Source: Octopus sinensis (lineage: Eukaryota). From it: a DNA stretch of 64,000 nt. The stretch spans positions 155,062,001 to 155,126,000 of the forward strand of contig NC_042997.1 in the NCBI RefSeq assembly GCF_006345805.1. The letters run 5' to 3'. Shown one piece after another: positions 23,615 through 36,552 of this stretch. Under the pieces are notes generated by a model. That model was not told where the DNA came from. It saw only the letters and a list, made by a program, of their open reading frames with translations, and did not search any database. How positions within the stretch are numbered: the first letter of the stretch is position 1; every line of letters starts with the position of its first letter. The position numbers were made by a program, and so were the translations under genes.

Positions 23615-24210
23615 AGCTAGAATTCCCACCAAACAAATGTTTTACAGTATTCATCAATATCTATGCCCTATATACCAACATCTGGAAACTTTATATTAAC
23701 ATCTCATTACCATTTTCAATGAATTTAAATCAAAAACTTCCAACCAGTTCCACTAATCCATAATTATCACAAAGACCAATTATAATAATTATCGTGCAAT
23801 TCTGAATGTTTAAAGATTCATGCTAAATTAACCTAACATTTCCCCCACTACATTATTGCTATTTCAAAAAGAAATGGTGTAGGGAATTACAAAACAATTT
23901 TGCATATTTTGTTCTTAGAGTAATGAGATGTTTCATCACAGATTCTGATAAATTGTTGATTTAAGCAACAAAATACATGATAAATAATGTTGTCTCCATG
24001 TTTGTATTTCCCAATACAACACTGATCATCATTATCATCATCATCATCGTTTAACGTCCGTTTTCCATGCTAGCATGGGTTGGACAGTTCGACCAGGGTC
24101 TGGGAAGCCAGGAGGCTGCACCAGGCTCCAGTTTGATCTAGCAGTGTTTCTACAGCTGGATGCCCTTCCTGACACCAAAGGTGAATCCTAGGTGAATAAA
24201 AAATACTCAC

Positions 24211-24260
24211 CTCATCTCTGCAAATTCTATTTTTTTGTTCAGATAGGCACAAGTGTTGAC
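24211..24260 (-). CDS. DEPDC5: DEPDC5 exon 6: VNTCAYLNKKIEFAEMR
   Basis: 50 nt, atttcAG/GTgagt, TCAY...K.EFA motif. Confidence 0.96.
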
Positions 24261-24361
24261 CTGAAATATAAATACAATTTCATGAAACAAATGTTATTCA
24301 TATATATACATCATTGGTAAATAACAAAAATTGCAAATGAAAATATAGGCAGTACACTAAC

Positions 24362-24445
24362 CAATTTCTTTCTCATCCTCCACATATCACTTCGACTGTA
24401 ATACTGTTCTTTGTACAAGAGCTCCACCAAGTCCAAACTGACCTC
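24362..24445 (-). CDS. DEPDC5: DEPDC5 exon 5: [28 protein letters not shown]
   Basis: 84 nt, tttgtAG/GTtagt, LDLVEL..K.QY..R.DMWR motif. Confidence 0.96.
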
Positions 24446-24735
24446 CTACAAACCAGTGAAAATATTTTGATAAATACAAAAGTATATCTTGTTGTGTCTA
24501 GGTAAGGTCATTATGCCAATAAAAATTTAAACAAACACATGCACAGGTTTAATACCACTTCCTTATTTTACCAACAAACTATGCAATGATTTGTTTAATG
24601 TATTGATTAAACAATCAATCAGTTATTAGTTTTTCTCTATCAGAGTCCTTTCGTCACTATTTATAACCCCATCATTGACATAACTTTACTTGTCAAGATC
24701 TGCTTTGAATCTGTTTGAGAACTAATCTTATACCT

Positions 24736-24787
<52 letters not shown>

Positions 24788-26037
24788 GATGTATGAGTGC
24801 TTGCTTACATGTGTGAGTGGTGTAACTGATTATAGGGAAACTTAACCACTAAAAATATTTCTTAAATCTTGAAAAAGAAAACATTTCGATATCTGGAAGA
24901 CATTTTTAATGTTATTCTTCTTAGAACTGTTAATCTCCTCTTTAACTTTTTTTCAAAATTCTTCTATGACTTCTTAAATTTGATGGTTCTAACAAAACAG
25001 GATGATTATCAAAACCTAAATTACAATCATTTGCATTTGCCCAACTGTTAAACTATCTATTATTGGAAACCCCAACCACCAATTCCTGGCCCATTATTAA
25101 GTAATAAATCTCTATGCTTCTTTTAAGATTATATTATTGGCTGCATTCTACTCCCTCTGAATCAACCAGCTGGACTCACTTCCTTGCTTTTCAACACCAC
25201 TGCATATTTCCTTTCCTAAATATTAATTCCTTGAAAATCAAAATTAAGTGGCTTGTGAAACCACTAACTTTTCAAGTCCCATGTGGACCACATTCCCCCA
25301 ACAAAGACTACTTCTTGCAATAGTGCGATGGCTTATGTGCTTCAATGACCCCAACAGCTATGCCAGCAGAGTGCAAGCTCCTGAAAGGATGTCCTATGCT
25401 AGACAGATCAAAGAACAGAGGCTAGACTGACATGAACCACTTCTTCCCAGAGGTAGAAAATGTGTTTGCATTTGGCCAACATCCCTACCTAGGAAAAAGC
25501 AATGTTACAGAAGCATTGATGACAATTCAAAGCCAAGATAAAGAAGATAAGTCATCAATGGCCAATGGCCTATGCACCACAGGGAATGATGGGATTACCT
25601 AACACATAATAATATGAAGTACACTCACCAACTTCCCGGTTTGGAAGTGATTGTAAGGTTACAAGTAATGTATCTTCTTTTAAATCAGAAAATCACTTCC
25701 TCATAATTACATGAACTAAATGGTTAATTTTCTGCCATCTTTCTCTTTTATAAAAAATTTATTAATGCAGTGATCAAATAAATAAATGTTTTAAGTTGCC
25801 AACTCACTGCATAGCATCTTTGGCTAATGTCTTCTACTAAAGTGTGTGTGTGTGTGTCCCACCACTGCTTGACAACCAGTGTTGATGTGTAATGGTTTGG
25901 AAAGCAACTGATAGAATAAGTACCAGGCTTAAATATAAAAATGTACCAGGGTTGATTCATTTAACTAAAAATTCTTTAAGTTGGTGCCCCAGCATGGCTA
26001 CAGCCTAATGAAAGAAACCATTAAAAGATAAACTTAC

Positions 26038-26123
26038 CGTAGGATCAACTTTGTTGACATACACATCATTGTAGGGTTTTAAATGAAAAGCACCAGCAAT
26101 TGAAGACTCTACACTTATACACT
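26038..26123 (-). CDS. DEPDC5: DEPDC5 exon 4: ECISVESSIAGAFHLKPYNDVYVNKVDPT
   Basis: 86 nt, tcttcAG/GTaagt, ISV...F.L.PY.DVYVN.VDP motif. Confidence 0.96.
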
Positions 26124-26653
26124 CTGAAGATAAAAGAAAACCAAAAACAATATTAATTATGAATACTTTGCAATTATTTTGTTCTTGATTTTGTATTATA
26201 TTTTATCTGTTGTCATAATAAATATCTGGGAAAGGTACCATGCAGTGAAATTGAACCTGAAACGAAATGACTGCAACCAACTTCTTAACCACACAGCTGT
26301 GTTGTTATGATAAAAAGATGTTGCTGTTTAGCCCCATGTTATAATGATTGAGCAAACCAATGAGTAAAAACATTCCAACCATGACCAACTGATCTAGATG
26401 TAGGAGTACATTACCTATGTGTCCTTCATTTTTAAGACAGTAGGATGCGATTTGAGGGAGATTTGGGTGCTATTTCAAGCTGATTGAGCAACCATGTAGA
26501 TGCTACCTCATCAGAGAAAGATGTTTACATTGTTACTATCACTTCAGTATTTATTTGATTCATTACATTACCATGACCGGGCTGGAGTTATATAACTGGT
26601 GATAACCACAGTCATGCTAGAAGCTAAAGTGATGAATGACATGGTACAACTAA

Positions 26654-26850
26654 TGCAGGTGACATCTACAACAGAAATGTAGCAGCGAGTTGGCAGTGGA
26701 AGTAATGACTGAAGCGGTACTGCCAATGCAGATGATATCTACTGCAAAAATAGCAGCAGGCTAGCAGTGGAAGTAATGACTGAAGTGGTACTGCCAGTGC
26801 AGGTGATATCTACTACAGAAATAGCATCCAACTGGCAATAGAAGTGTTCT
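26654..26850. repeat. ~72-bp minisatellite, about 3 units
   Basis: TGCAG(G/A)TGA(C/T)ATCTAC recurs at 26654, 26727 and 26798. Confidence 0.8.
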
Positions 26851-27411
26851 CTGCAGTTAATCAGGCATTGAAAGATTGAAAGGGACGTCTGCTGCAGGAA
26901 TAACAGCAGACTGACAGTGAAAGAAATGATTTCTGCAGAAGAGTAGCAGATGTAAAAACTGTAGAAGCAATTTGATAGAACCAATGACTGCAGTGGAAGC
27001 AATGAGGTGAGGTCATCATCATCATTATCATCATCGTTTAATGTCTGCTTTCCATGCTAGCATGGGTTGGACGATTTGACTGAGGACTGGCGAACCAGAT
27101 GGTTGCACCAGGTTCCAATCGTGATCTGACAGAGTTTCTACAGCTGGATGCCCTTCCTAAAGCCAACTACTCCGAGAGTGTAGTGGGTGCTTTTAAGTGC
27201 CACCAGCACAAGGGCCAGTCAGGCAGTACTGGCAATAACCACACTCAAATGGTGTTTTTTACATGCCACCTGTACAAGAGCCAGTCCAGTGACACTGGGA
27301 ACAACATCACTCGAATGTTTTTTCACATGCCACTGACACAAGTGCCAGTAAGGCGACGCTGGTAACAATGAAAATATTGATATAGTTCTTTACAGTTACA
27401 AGCATGTTTAA

Positions 27412-27948
27412 CTCTTAAGCATTCAGATCAGTCAGTCAAATATAATGCTTATTTATTCACATTATTTTGAATTAATCATTACTGTCTTGTAGCTTTGATA
27501 TTTCAGTTACATATTATTTATTTTTAGAATGACATTGTAGTGTAGATGTGAGAGGCCAGATCTGGCCAGTTTGAGCATAAAACAAGTAGAATATTTGGGG
27601 CAGACATGGCCAGTTTCAATGCCAATAGGTTGACCCATTAGCATTCAGATTACTTTCTCAAATCATCAACATCATCATCATCATCATCGTTTAACGTCCG
27701 TTTTCCATGCTAGCATAGGTTGGATGGTTTGACTCAATAGGTCTCCTCAAGCATAGCAGGTCACCCTACAATCCAAGGTACACAGCAGGTCGCCCATACA
27801 TTATCACATCGCTTAAAGATTTTGATGGTGTGATTGTTTATTTTTGAATGATATTGTCAGGTAGGTGTGGGAGGCCAGATCTCGCCAGTTTGAAAATAGA
27901 ACAAGTAGAATAGTTGGGCCTGGAACAGCTGGTTTAGCTGCTAAAAGG
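27412..27948. mobile_element. Two tandem piggyBac-type MITEs, the second interrupted by an RTE tail (27668-27740)
   Basis: TTAA-bounded, AGCATTCAGAT left ends; same family as 5832 in reverse orientation. Confidence 0.6.
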
Positions 27949-28870
27949 TTAATATTACTGTCAGATGACTAACAGGTTCTCATAATGCTTATGTTGTAAG
28001 CGTTGAATGCCAACAGGGTCTGAACCTGTTGTGTAAGAGATAAATTTAGAGATTAAGAGATAAGTGAATTGAGAAAATGGTCGGCTCTTGGATACAGTAA
28101 CAGGGCTTAGGCAGAGGGGGAAAAAGGCAATGCCTAGAACATTTGAGAGGCTGTGAGTGTTGAGTGAAAGAGAGGAAGAAACTGCAACTTATGGGTTATC
28201 TTCATACCTCAGACAGATAACTCAAATGCCTGCAATAGAGTGGATTTCACTGAGGATAGCCAAGGATCAGGTGATGTTTAGACTGAGTGAAGGATTACAT
28301 CTGTCACATAAAGTAATCAAGAAAGGTGACTAATTTGTTTGAATTGATGATGCAGTTAAAAACAAACAAAAAGATTTTTTTTTTCTAATTTTTGGCACAA
28401 CGCCAGCAATTCTGAGGGAGAGGGGCAAGCTTATTACATTGACTCTTAGTACTTTACTGGTACTTTATTTTATCAACCCCAAAAGGATGAAAGGCAAAGT
28501 TGATCTCAGCACCATTTCTACACAGAATGTAAAGAGTCAGAAATACTACACAGCATTTTGTCTGATGTGCTAACAATTCTGCCAGCTCACTGCCTTACAA
28601 ATAACAATAAATCATATATTTCATTTCTCAGCTACAATAAGAAAAAAACATCAAAGTTTCAAGTGAGAGAGAGAGAGAGAGAGGAGGAGGAGGAGAGGAG
28701 GGGAAGCTTGTTCTTAGTTTTTCCAGCTCATGTCAGCATTTAAAAATAGGACAGCAAACAATGATAATGAGATATATAAGATAACGCTTAATATTTTTGG
28801 AGAGTGGAGTGTTTTTTTTACTTTGTATGTGGTGTTTTTTTCTTTCTTTAACATAAATAGAATATTTTAC

Positions 28871-28920
28871 CTTTAGCCTGTAAGTCTTCTGTTAAAGTAT
28901 TCACTTGAAGAAGCAATCGG
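28871..28920 (-). CDS. DEPDC5: DEPDC5 exon 3: RLLLQVNTLTEDLQAK
   Basis: 50 nt, tttcacAG/GTaaaa, LLLQV motif, phase 2 to 1. Confidence 0.95.
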
Positions 28921-29077
28921 CTGTGAAAGAGAATATTTTTAGAGTTTAATGGAGATTATTTTGACACTTAGTGGTTATACATATAGGTGTGATATCTATT
29001 AAACTTGACAACAAAAACACTTGGTTTCAAAGCTGCAAGATTCTTTTAAAAGCTCAACAATTTTTTACAAAAACACT

Positions 29078-29560
29078 TACAAAGGGTGTTCATTAAATAT
29101 TTCCTCTGACCTACTTTCCAAGGGCTGGGATAAACAAAATTTGGCACAATTATTAGTCCTTCTCTACATAGCCACCACCAATGGTGACACACTTCTCCTA
29201 TCGTTTTATGCAGCTGTGAAGACCTTGTCTGTAGAAGTTGGTAGGTTGCATCTGAAGCCAAGACTTTACCTCGGAAATAAGTCCATCATCATATGAAAAG
29301 TGCTTTCCCTTCAAACAAGACTTCATGATGGGAAGGAAGTGGAAGTCAGATGGTGCAATGTCAGGAGAGTAAAGGGGATGAGGAAAGATTTCATAGCTGC
29401 AGGAGTGTGCTTCATCTGGGCAACATGCACATTGTGACCTGGGATGTTGTCTCAGAAGAGGCGGACTCCTTAGGTCAGCATGCCACACCTCTCTCTCTCT
29501 CTCTGTCTTGATAGTGTCCCGCAATTTTGGCAGCAGAAAAGCACATGCCCCATTAATTGT
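29078..29560 (-). mobile_element. Mariner transposase remnant
   Basis: YEIFPHPLYSPDIAPSDFHFLP.MK..LKGKHF peptide and a mariner-like terminus. Confidence 0.85.
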
Positions 29561-29934
29561 GGTGCTCTTTACCAGAAAATTCATCATTACTATGCGCTGG
29601 TCCAAAAAAACTTTTTACATGCCACCAACACATGAGCCAGTCAGGCAGGCCTGGCATTGATCACGTTCAGATAATGCCTTTTACATGCCACCAGCATGGG
29701 AGCCAGTCATGTGGGGTGCTGGCATCGGCCACGTTCAGATGGTGCTTTTTATGTGCCAACTTCTAAAATACAAAATTTTGTCATAAATGTTCAAAGTAAA
29801 CCATGTTCTGCATGAGAAATTCCACCAGTATACGAAGTTTCAAACTGTTTACTTAAAAAAAATTAATTAAAAAATCTGTGAGCCAAATTGAACAGATCCA
29901 TAAATGTATTTAAAATGCAAAAAGTTGTAATTTA

Positions 29935-30339
29935 TCTATACCTATAAACGGCAAAATATCTGTGTGTCTGCGTGTCCTTTATACAAATCCAAAGTTTTTC
30001 ACACAAAAGGCTCACATTTTCTATGGCCTTTCAAAACTGTCTGAGGGTGGTCATGAAGATCTTTTCATTTCCCCAGTCACTCCAGAAAGCCATTAAAAAA
30101 TAAATTGATAAACCGACCCCTTATGCCCATAAGTTATGGGCATATGGGCATTGCCAAAGTCCAATGAATATTAATTACTCTCATAAAAAGCTCCAACTAG
30201 TTCATAAACAACAAAACTGGCCCGGGCTGAAATGTGATAAGAAACTTAGCTTTTGATTTAGTGAGAAATTTTTACTACTACCCAGCAACGAACAACAAGC
30301 ACTAGCACTAGACCCAGCAATGCCAGGTCATAGTGCTAG
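29935..30339 (+). mobile_element. Non-autonomous Helitron
   Basis: A|TC 5' end, subterminal hairpin GACCCAGCAATGCCAGGTC, CTAG|T 3' end, no TSD. Confidence 0.75.
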
Positions 30340-30483
30340 TGATAGAATAAAACAATTTAAACTGATTAACTAAAATCATATTTCTAATTGCATTTCATAA
30401 GAATTATTCCAAAACAACATATAATCACATGAAGAGTATTAAATGTTTGAATGAGTGGTTTAGACAGCATATAGATTCTGTAC

Positions 30484-30571
30484 CTGTAATTTACTTGGGC
30501 ATTATAAATCTCAAGTACATCTCCTTGGTTTATTCCTGGGAAATCTTTCGGATTGATGAGAAGGTCATACT
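30484..30571 (-). CDS. DEPDC5: DEPDC5 exon 2: EYDLLINPKDFPGINQGDVLEIYNAQVNYS
   Basis: 88 nt, ttttacAG/GTacag, matches ELVVNPK.FP....GD..EI. Confidence 0.95.
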
Positions 30572-31077
30572 CTGTAAAAGAATTAAATAAAAAAAAACTA
30601 GTGAATGAATGGAAAATCTTTTAGATGGTAAAGTTGCTAAAGTTGAATGAAGGTTGTGGGTGGGGAAAAGCATCTAGAAACTTTCTCCAAGATTACATAA
30701 AACAAATTTTTATATGGTTATAAAATAAATCATGATTACTGAATAACAATTAAAATAATATTGTTGTTGCATCTCTGGAAGGTCATTTTACCAATTAAAG
30801 CACAAACACTTATATTTCACTTCTTTTTTATTATAATTAGTCAACTAGTTAATTAAATAACTGACTAACAATTAGCGTGACCAATCATTTGATCAATCAA
30901 TCGATTTATCAAAGTTCTTTTGTCACCATCTGCAATCCCATGAATAGTATGCCCACATCTGTTCCAAGTTTATCTGCTTTATTGGCAAAAATTACTCTCG
31001 CAAACTATATCATCTGTGTCAACAAATACTTTCATATCAAGAATCTTTTAATGTGTGTGTGTGTGTGTGTGTGTATG

Positions 31078-31116
<39 letters not shown>

Positions 31117-31838
31117 ATGTATGTATGTATGTATGTATGTATGTATGTATGTCATCATCATCATCATCATCGTTTAACGTCCACTTCCCATGCTGGCTTG
31201 GGTTGGACAGTTTGACTGAGGGCTGGCAAATCAGAAGGCTGCACCACGCTCCAATCTGATCTGGCAAAGTTTCTATAGCTGGATGCCCTTCATAACACCA
31301 ACCACTCCAAGAGTATAGTGGGTGCTTTTTATATGCCACCGGCACGAGGGCCAGTCAGGAGGTACTAGCATCGACCATGCTCAAATGGTGCTTTTTACAT
31401 GCCATCAGCACAGGAGCCAGTCAGGTGACACTGGCAGCGATCACACTTGAATGGTGCCTTTTATGGTCTCAACTTCAATAGAAAAATATAGTCAAGAGCA
31501 ATTCCACTGCTTGAATCATACTTTACTTCACAGGCAAAGTAAGCTGATCTAAAAATAATTATTATTATAATAATAAATTTTATCTCTAAGTTATCCAATT
31601 TTATCTGTTGAGATCAAAGAAAGAGATTTTCATAAGCATCTTCAAATAGTAGACATTTCCACTTGTTTGATAACTCATTGTTTAGAGTTCAAATCCTGCT
31701 GAGGACTTCGACTTTTATCCCTGATTTTTCAATAAATAAGTACTAAGAATATATTAAGATCAAATTTTGTCTCACTATAAAAGATGTCTACTCAATAGAA
31801 ATCAAATTTTTTTTTTAATAGTTGCAAATAGGGATTAA

Positions 31839-32035
31839 TCCATTCGTTAAAATATTTCTGTTGAAATATACTACCCATTTTTTTTTTTCAAGTAATTTTG
31901 AAAATAATGAAGAATTTATTAAGCTGGTATTTTAAACAAATTATTGTTGGAAGGTTTTAGTTTAAATCACTTTAAAACAGGAAGCTTGTATTATGGAACC
32001 AGGAGTGATTCTTAGGCAGGTTGTTATCAAAAGGG
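31839..32035. mobile_element. piggyBac-type MITE, second family
   Basis: TTAA flanks; right end TCAAAAGGG-TTAA. Confidence 0.55.
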
Positions 32036-35000
32036 TTAATGTGTGTTAATCTCGGAAAAAATGTCATAGAAAGAAACAACCTATAAAACTATTGAACAAC
32101 ATACAACTAAACTTATGAAATATCTGGTAATGTAAAACGTCCATACAAATAGTTTGTTAAAAAATAACATTGGGAGTGTCAAGGTACAAAGCTGAAGTTG
32201 TTTAGCCCAAGCCAAATCTGAATGAACAGGTCCATAATTATAAATTTCATGCCAAAATCATCCTATCTCTTCTTTTTCAGACAAAAAAAAACCCAAATAT
32301 ATACAGTCCTGTGTTGGGAAGATGTACTTTGCTTAAATATTAAAACAATTATTTTTGGTTGTTGTTGCTGTTGTTTTCTCACAACTTAGTCAAAGAGGAA
32401 GAGTGGTGCCAGTTCAGTCACTCCTAGACTAGTTCCATTAATACAGCTGATGTTTAATATGAATGTGTAGAAGTCAGTTTCATCATCATCACCATCATCG
32501 TTTAACATCCATTTTCCATGCTAGCATGGGTTGGACGGTTCGACCGGGGTCTGGGAAGCCAGGAGGCTGCACCAGGCTCCAGTCTAATTTGGCAGTGTTT
32601 CTACAGCTGGATGCTCTTCTTAACGCCAACCACTCTGTTAGTGTAGTGGGTGCTTTTTACATGCCACCGGCACAGGAGCCAGAGGAGGCTGGCAGCGGCC
32701 ACGATCGGTTGGTGCTTTTTACGTGCCACTGGCATGGAAGCCAGTAAAGGTGGCGCTGGCATCGGCCACGTTCGGATGGTGCTTTTTATGTGCCACCAGC
32801 ACAGGTATCACAACTACAATTTACATTTGATTTTTATTTTGATGTTGATGTACTTGATTCAATAGGAAGAAAATGAAAAAAAAAATGAGCAGGCAGGGAT
32901 GATTCCTGATGGTTAAAATCCTGGAAAGGAAATGTTGACATAAAATGTTTAATGAAAGGTCTGAGAGGTATGACACAACAGGGATGACAAGAGGATGGCG
33001 AAGTGAGCCTGGGTAGAGTGGTGAAGCAGCTAACACATATAGAGCAGTAGAGGCCAACGTAATAGCAGCAAAATGAACAAGAACAACTTTCTGTGCATAT
33101 TCTATGTATGGTTCATACAGTATTGGTTGCTTTTTCTGATGAGTTGTAGTGCACCTGAGTACTGTATACAATAAGTTCATTATTATTACATACCTATTTC
33201 TTTACTACCCACAAGGGGCTAAACAGAGAGGGGACAAACAAGGACAGACAAACGGATTAAGTCGATTACATCGACCTCCGTGCGTAACTGGTACTTATTT
33301 AATCGACCCTGAAATGATGAAAGGCAAAGTCAACCTCGGCGGAATTTTAACTTAGAACGTAGTGGCATACCAGTGGCTGGAGTATGTTGGTGAGTGAATT
33401 TTTGCCAATCAGTAGACCATTCCTTTGACTGAGCTCATCATCATTCAAAAACTACCCAAACTAGAGGTGTGGCTGTGTGGTTAAGCAGCTTGTTTCTTGA
33501 CCATGTGGTCTGGGTTCAGCACCCATAGTGTGGCACCACAGGCAAAGTCTTCTACTAAAGCCCTAGACTGACCAAAGCCTTGTAAGTGGATTTGGTAGGG
33601 GGAAAGTGAAAGAAGCCCATCATATATATGTGTGAGTGTCTAAGCATGTAAATGTGAACATGTGTATATTGACTTACGGTATTGGTTTGTTTACATTCAC
33701 AAAAGTTAGCGATTTGGCAAAAGAAACCAACAGAATAGGTACCAGGCTTTAAAAAAAATAAGAACAACTCAAAGATGCCTTGTAAAAGGCATTGGTGTTG
33801 ATACTGGTGTGTCAGGTAAAAAGTAATGGTGATGGTACCCTGTAAAAGCATGGGGACAGTGTCACATAAAAAGCCCCAGTACACTGTAAAGAGGTTGGTG
33901 TTAGGAAGGGCATCAAACTGTAGAAAATATGCCAAAACAAACTTGGTGTGACCCCTGGCCTTGCTAGTTCTTGTCAAGCCATTCAACCCATGAGAGCATG
34001 GGAAATGGAAATGGAAATGGACGATGATGATGATGATGGGGTTGATTTGTTCAACTAAACTCTTCAAGGTGATGTCCTGGCATGGCCACTGTCCAATAAC
34101 TAAGACAAGTTAAAGGTGAAAGAGCTGGAACCATTTCATTTTAAAGCCATTCTCTTGACTGAGTTTTTCAGCTTGCCATTGAAATCATCATCATCATCTT
34201 CATCATTTAACGTTTGTTATCCATGCTGGCATTGGTTGGACAGTGTGACCAGGTTGGCATGCTGGAAAGCTGCACAAGACTTCAGCCTGATTCGGTATGG
34301 TTTTTTTATGGCTAGATGCCCTTCCTAAGGCCAACCACTCTGAGAGTGTAATGGGTGCTTTTATGTGTCACTGGCATAAGTGCCATTTGCATTATACCGG
34401 GCTGCTTTTACATGCCACTGGTACAGGTGCCAATTTGCATGACACCGGTATCTGTCATGTCTGTGATTTTGCTCAACTTGATGAAACAAATGAAACAAAA
34501 TATTGAACCTTAAAAATAAAGAATTATCTCACCATTCTAACACAAGAGAATATATGCAAAAGAGTAGAATAGCAAAAAAAAAAACATCTACCAATTTTAT
34601 CATGAAAAACAATCCATGTGACAGAATAAATTAAAAACTAAGACAATTTCACAATGCTGTCAGGGTTGATAAAATAAGTACCAGTTATGCACTGGGGTTG
34701 ATTTAAATTCCGTCAAGGTCGACTTTGCCTTTCATCCTTTAGGGGTCGATAAATTAAGTACCAGTTACGCACTGGGGTCAATGTAATTGATTTAATCCCT
34801 TTGTCTGTTCCCTCTATGTTTAGTCCCTTGTTGGTAGTAAAGAAATAGATAGTAAGATCATAGTTTTACTTATAAAATATAATGTCTCACAACCATGGAG
34901 TATAACCATTTGCACACAAACATCATAAAGTCTACCTTTCATTCTGAGAGATACATGCACAACATATTGGTTATTGTAATACAGACATCATCCTATGTGA

Positions 35001-35613
35001 ACTACAATGAAAAATATACGAGAAAGATATAGTATATAATTTTTTTGTGCAGAGGTTCCATGAGACATGTAATTTATTTTAAGGGTTATGCAAGGATAAA
35101 AAGGCTGAGAAACACTGGTCAACATAGTCAGTCACAAGACATTGGTCAGTCTGGGACTATAATAGAACACACCCAAGGTACCATGCAGTGAGACCATATA
35201 AACCTGAAACCATATGATTGCAAAGTGAGCTTCATAACCACACGGCCATGCCTGTACCTATCCCAGTATTTTCTTTATGTGATTGCTTTCAGATATGAAA
35301 AAATACCTGAACTTCCCATAACTCATAATTACACAGTTAGTGTTGAGACAGTTGTAATTATATTTAGATAATCATCCGGATGGGTGGGGTTAAACAAGCA
35401 AAGTTTTTGTCTATGAAGATACTTCTAGAGCTGAGTTAGAAACAGCGAGAAAGAAATAACACAATAAATGAAGTAAAAACAAGTCATCAAAAAGGAAGTG
35501 GGAGCATGAAATGTGATGACACAAGTTCAAGATCAGAAATGGTGAGCACCATTATCTAAAGAGCTGTCAATGGGAGAATGATAGCAAAACTTCTAGTGTT
35601 AAATTTTCAAATA

Positions 35614-36485
35614 TGAGGTCTGATAAATAAGTATCCGGACTGTTGCCATAGTAACGAAGCTAAAGCATGTAGAGTGAAGCCACTTGGCACATATTGACCT
35701 TGAACTCTGCTGTGCGTGTGCACTAAGTTTTAATGTTCCAGCTCACTTCTGCTTTTTACCGCTGTGCTTGGAAGGAAGGTGTGTAGCATGTGATCGTTGC
35801 ATTGACCATAACAGAGAAAGCTGTCACGGCGATACCTGCTCAGAGGCCTGCGCAAAGTTGCAGAAAGTGTGTGTGCTGCACACAAGTGTGTGAGTGGGTC
35901 AAGTGTTTCCATGATGACCAAAAAAATGTCAATATTGACGAATGTTCTAGGAGACTTGCAACCAGCAGAACTAAGGAAAATTTCACAGATGTGCATACTG
36001 CTGTGATGAGAAATCATCAAATCACCATCCTTGAGTTGCTAGAGGGTGTGCAGATTAGTTATGGTTCAATTCAGTCTGTTATTACTGAAGATTTGGGTAT
36101 GAAATGCATGTCTGCTAAGTTTGTACCAAAACTGCTTTGAGCTGACCAAAAAGACACTCAGGTTTCAGTTGCACACGATCTCCTTGATTGTGTCAAGAAC
36201 AATGAAAACCATTTGAAAACTTTGTGTAAGCCTCTGAGTAGGTATTACCAAGCTTTTTGATGCAGAGTCTCTGCTCAACTTTCTCTGTCATGGTCAATGC
36301 GATGATCACACACTACACACCTTCCTTCCAAGCACTGCTGTAAACAGGGAAACTGAGCTAGAACATTAAAACTTCGGGCACATGCACAGCAAAGTTGAAG
36401 GTCAGTTTGTGCCAAGCTGCTTCACTCTGCATGCTTTAGCTTCGTTACTATGGCAACAGTCTGGATACTTATTAATCAGACTACA
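35614..36485 (+). mobile_element. Mariner derivative with ~210-bp terminal inverted repeats
   Basis: Long inverted arms; interior encodes the transposase N-terminus (EWVK.F...TEDLGMK.MSAKFVPKLL). Confidence 0.88.
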
Positions 36486-36494
36486 TTTAGCTCC

Positions 36495-36530
36495 ACTCAC
36501 CTGTCAAGAAAGGCACAATGGATATTAGAT
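36495..36530 (-). promoter_or_regulatory. Candidate recursive splice site in intron 1
   Basis: CTAAT branch site, polypyrimidine tract, then CAG|GTGAGT with zero-length exon. Confidence 0.5.
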
Positions 36531-36552
36531 AGTAATAATAATCTATTATTAT

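Noticed and set aside
33120-33160. THQKK-containing segment as DEPDC5 first exon (also MSYGKF at about 35305-35325)
   Set aside because: Wrong phase and poor motif match; 56242-56302 fits both motif and phase.
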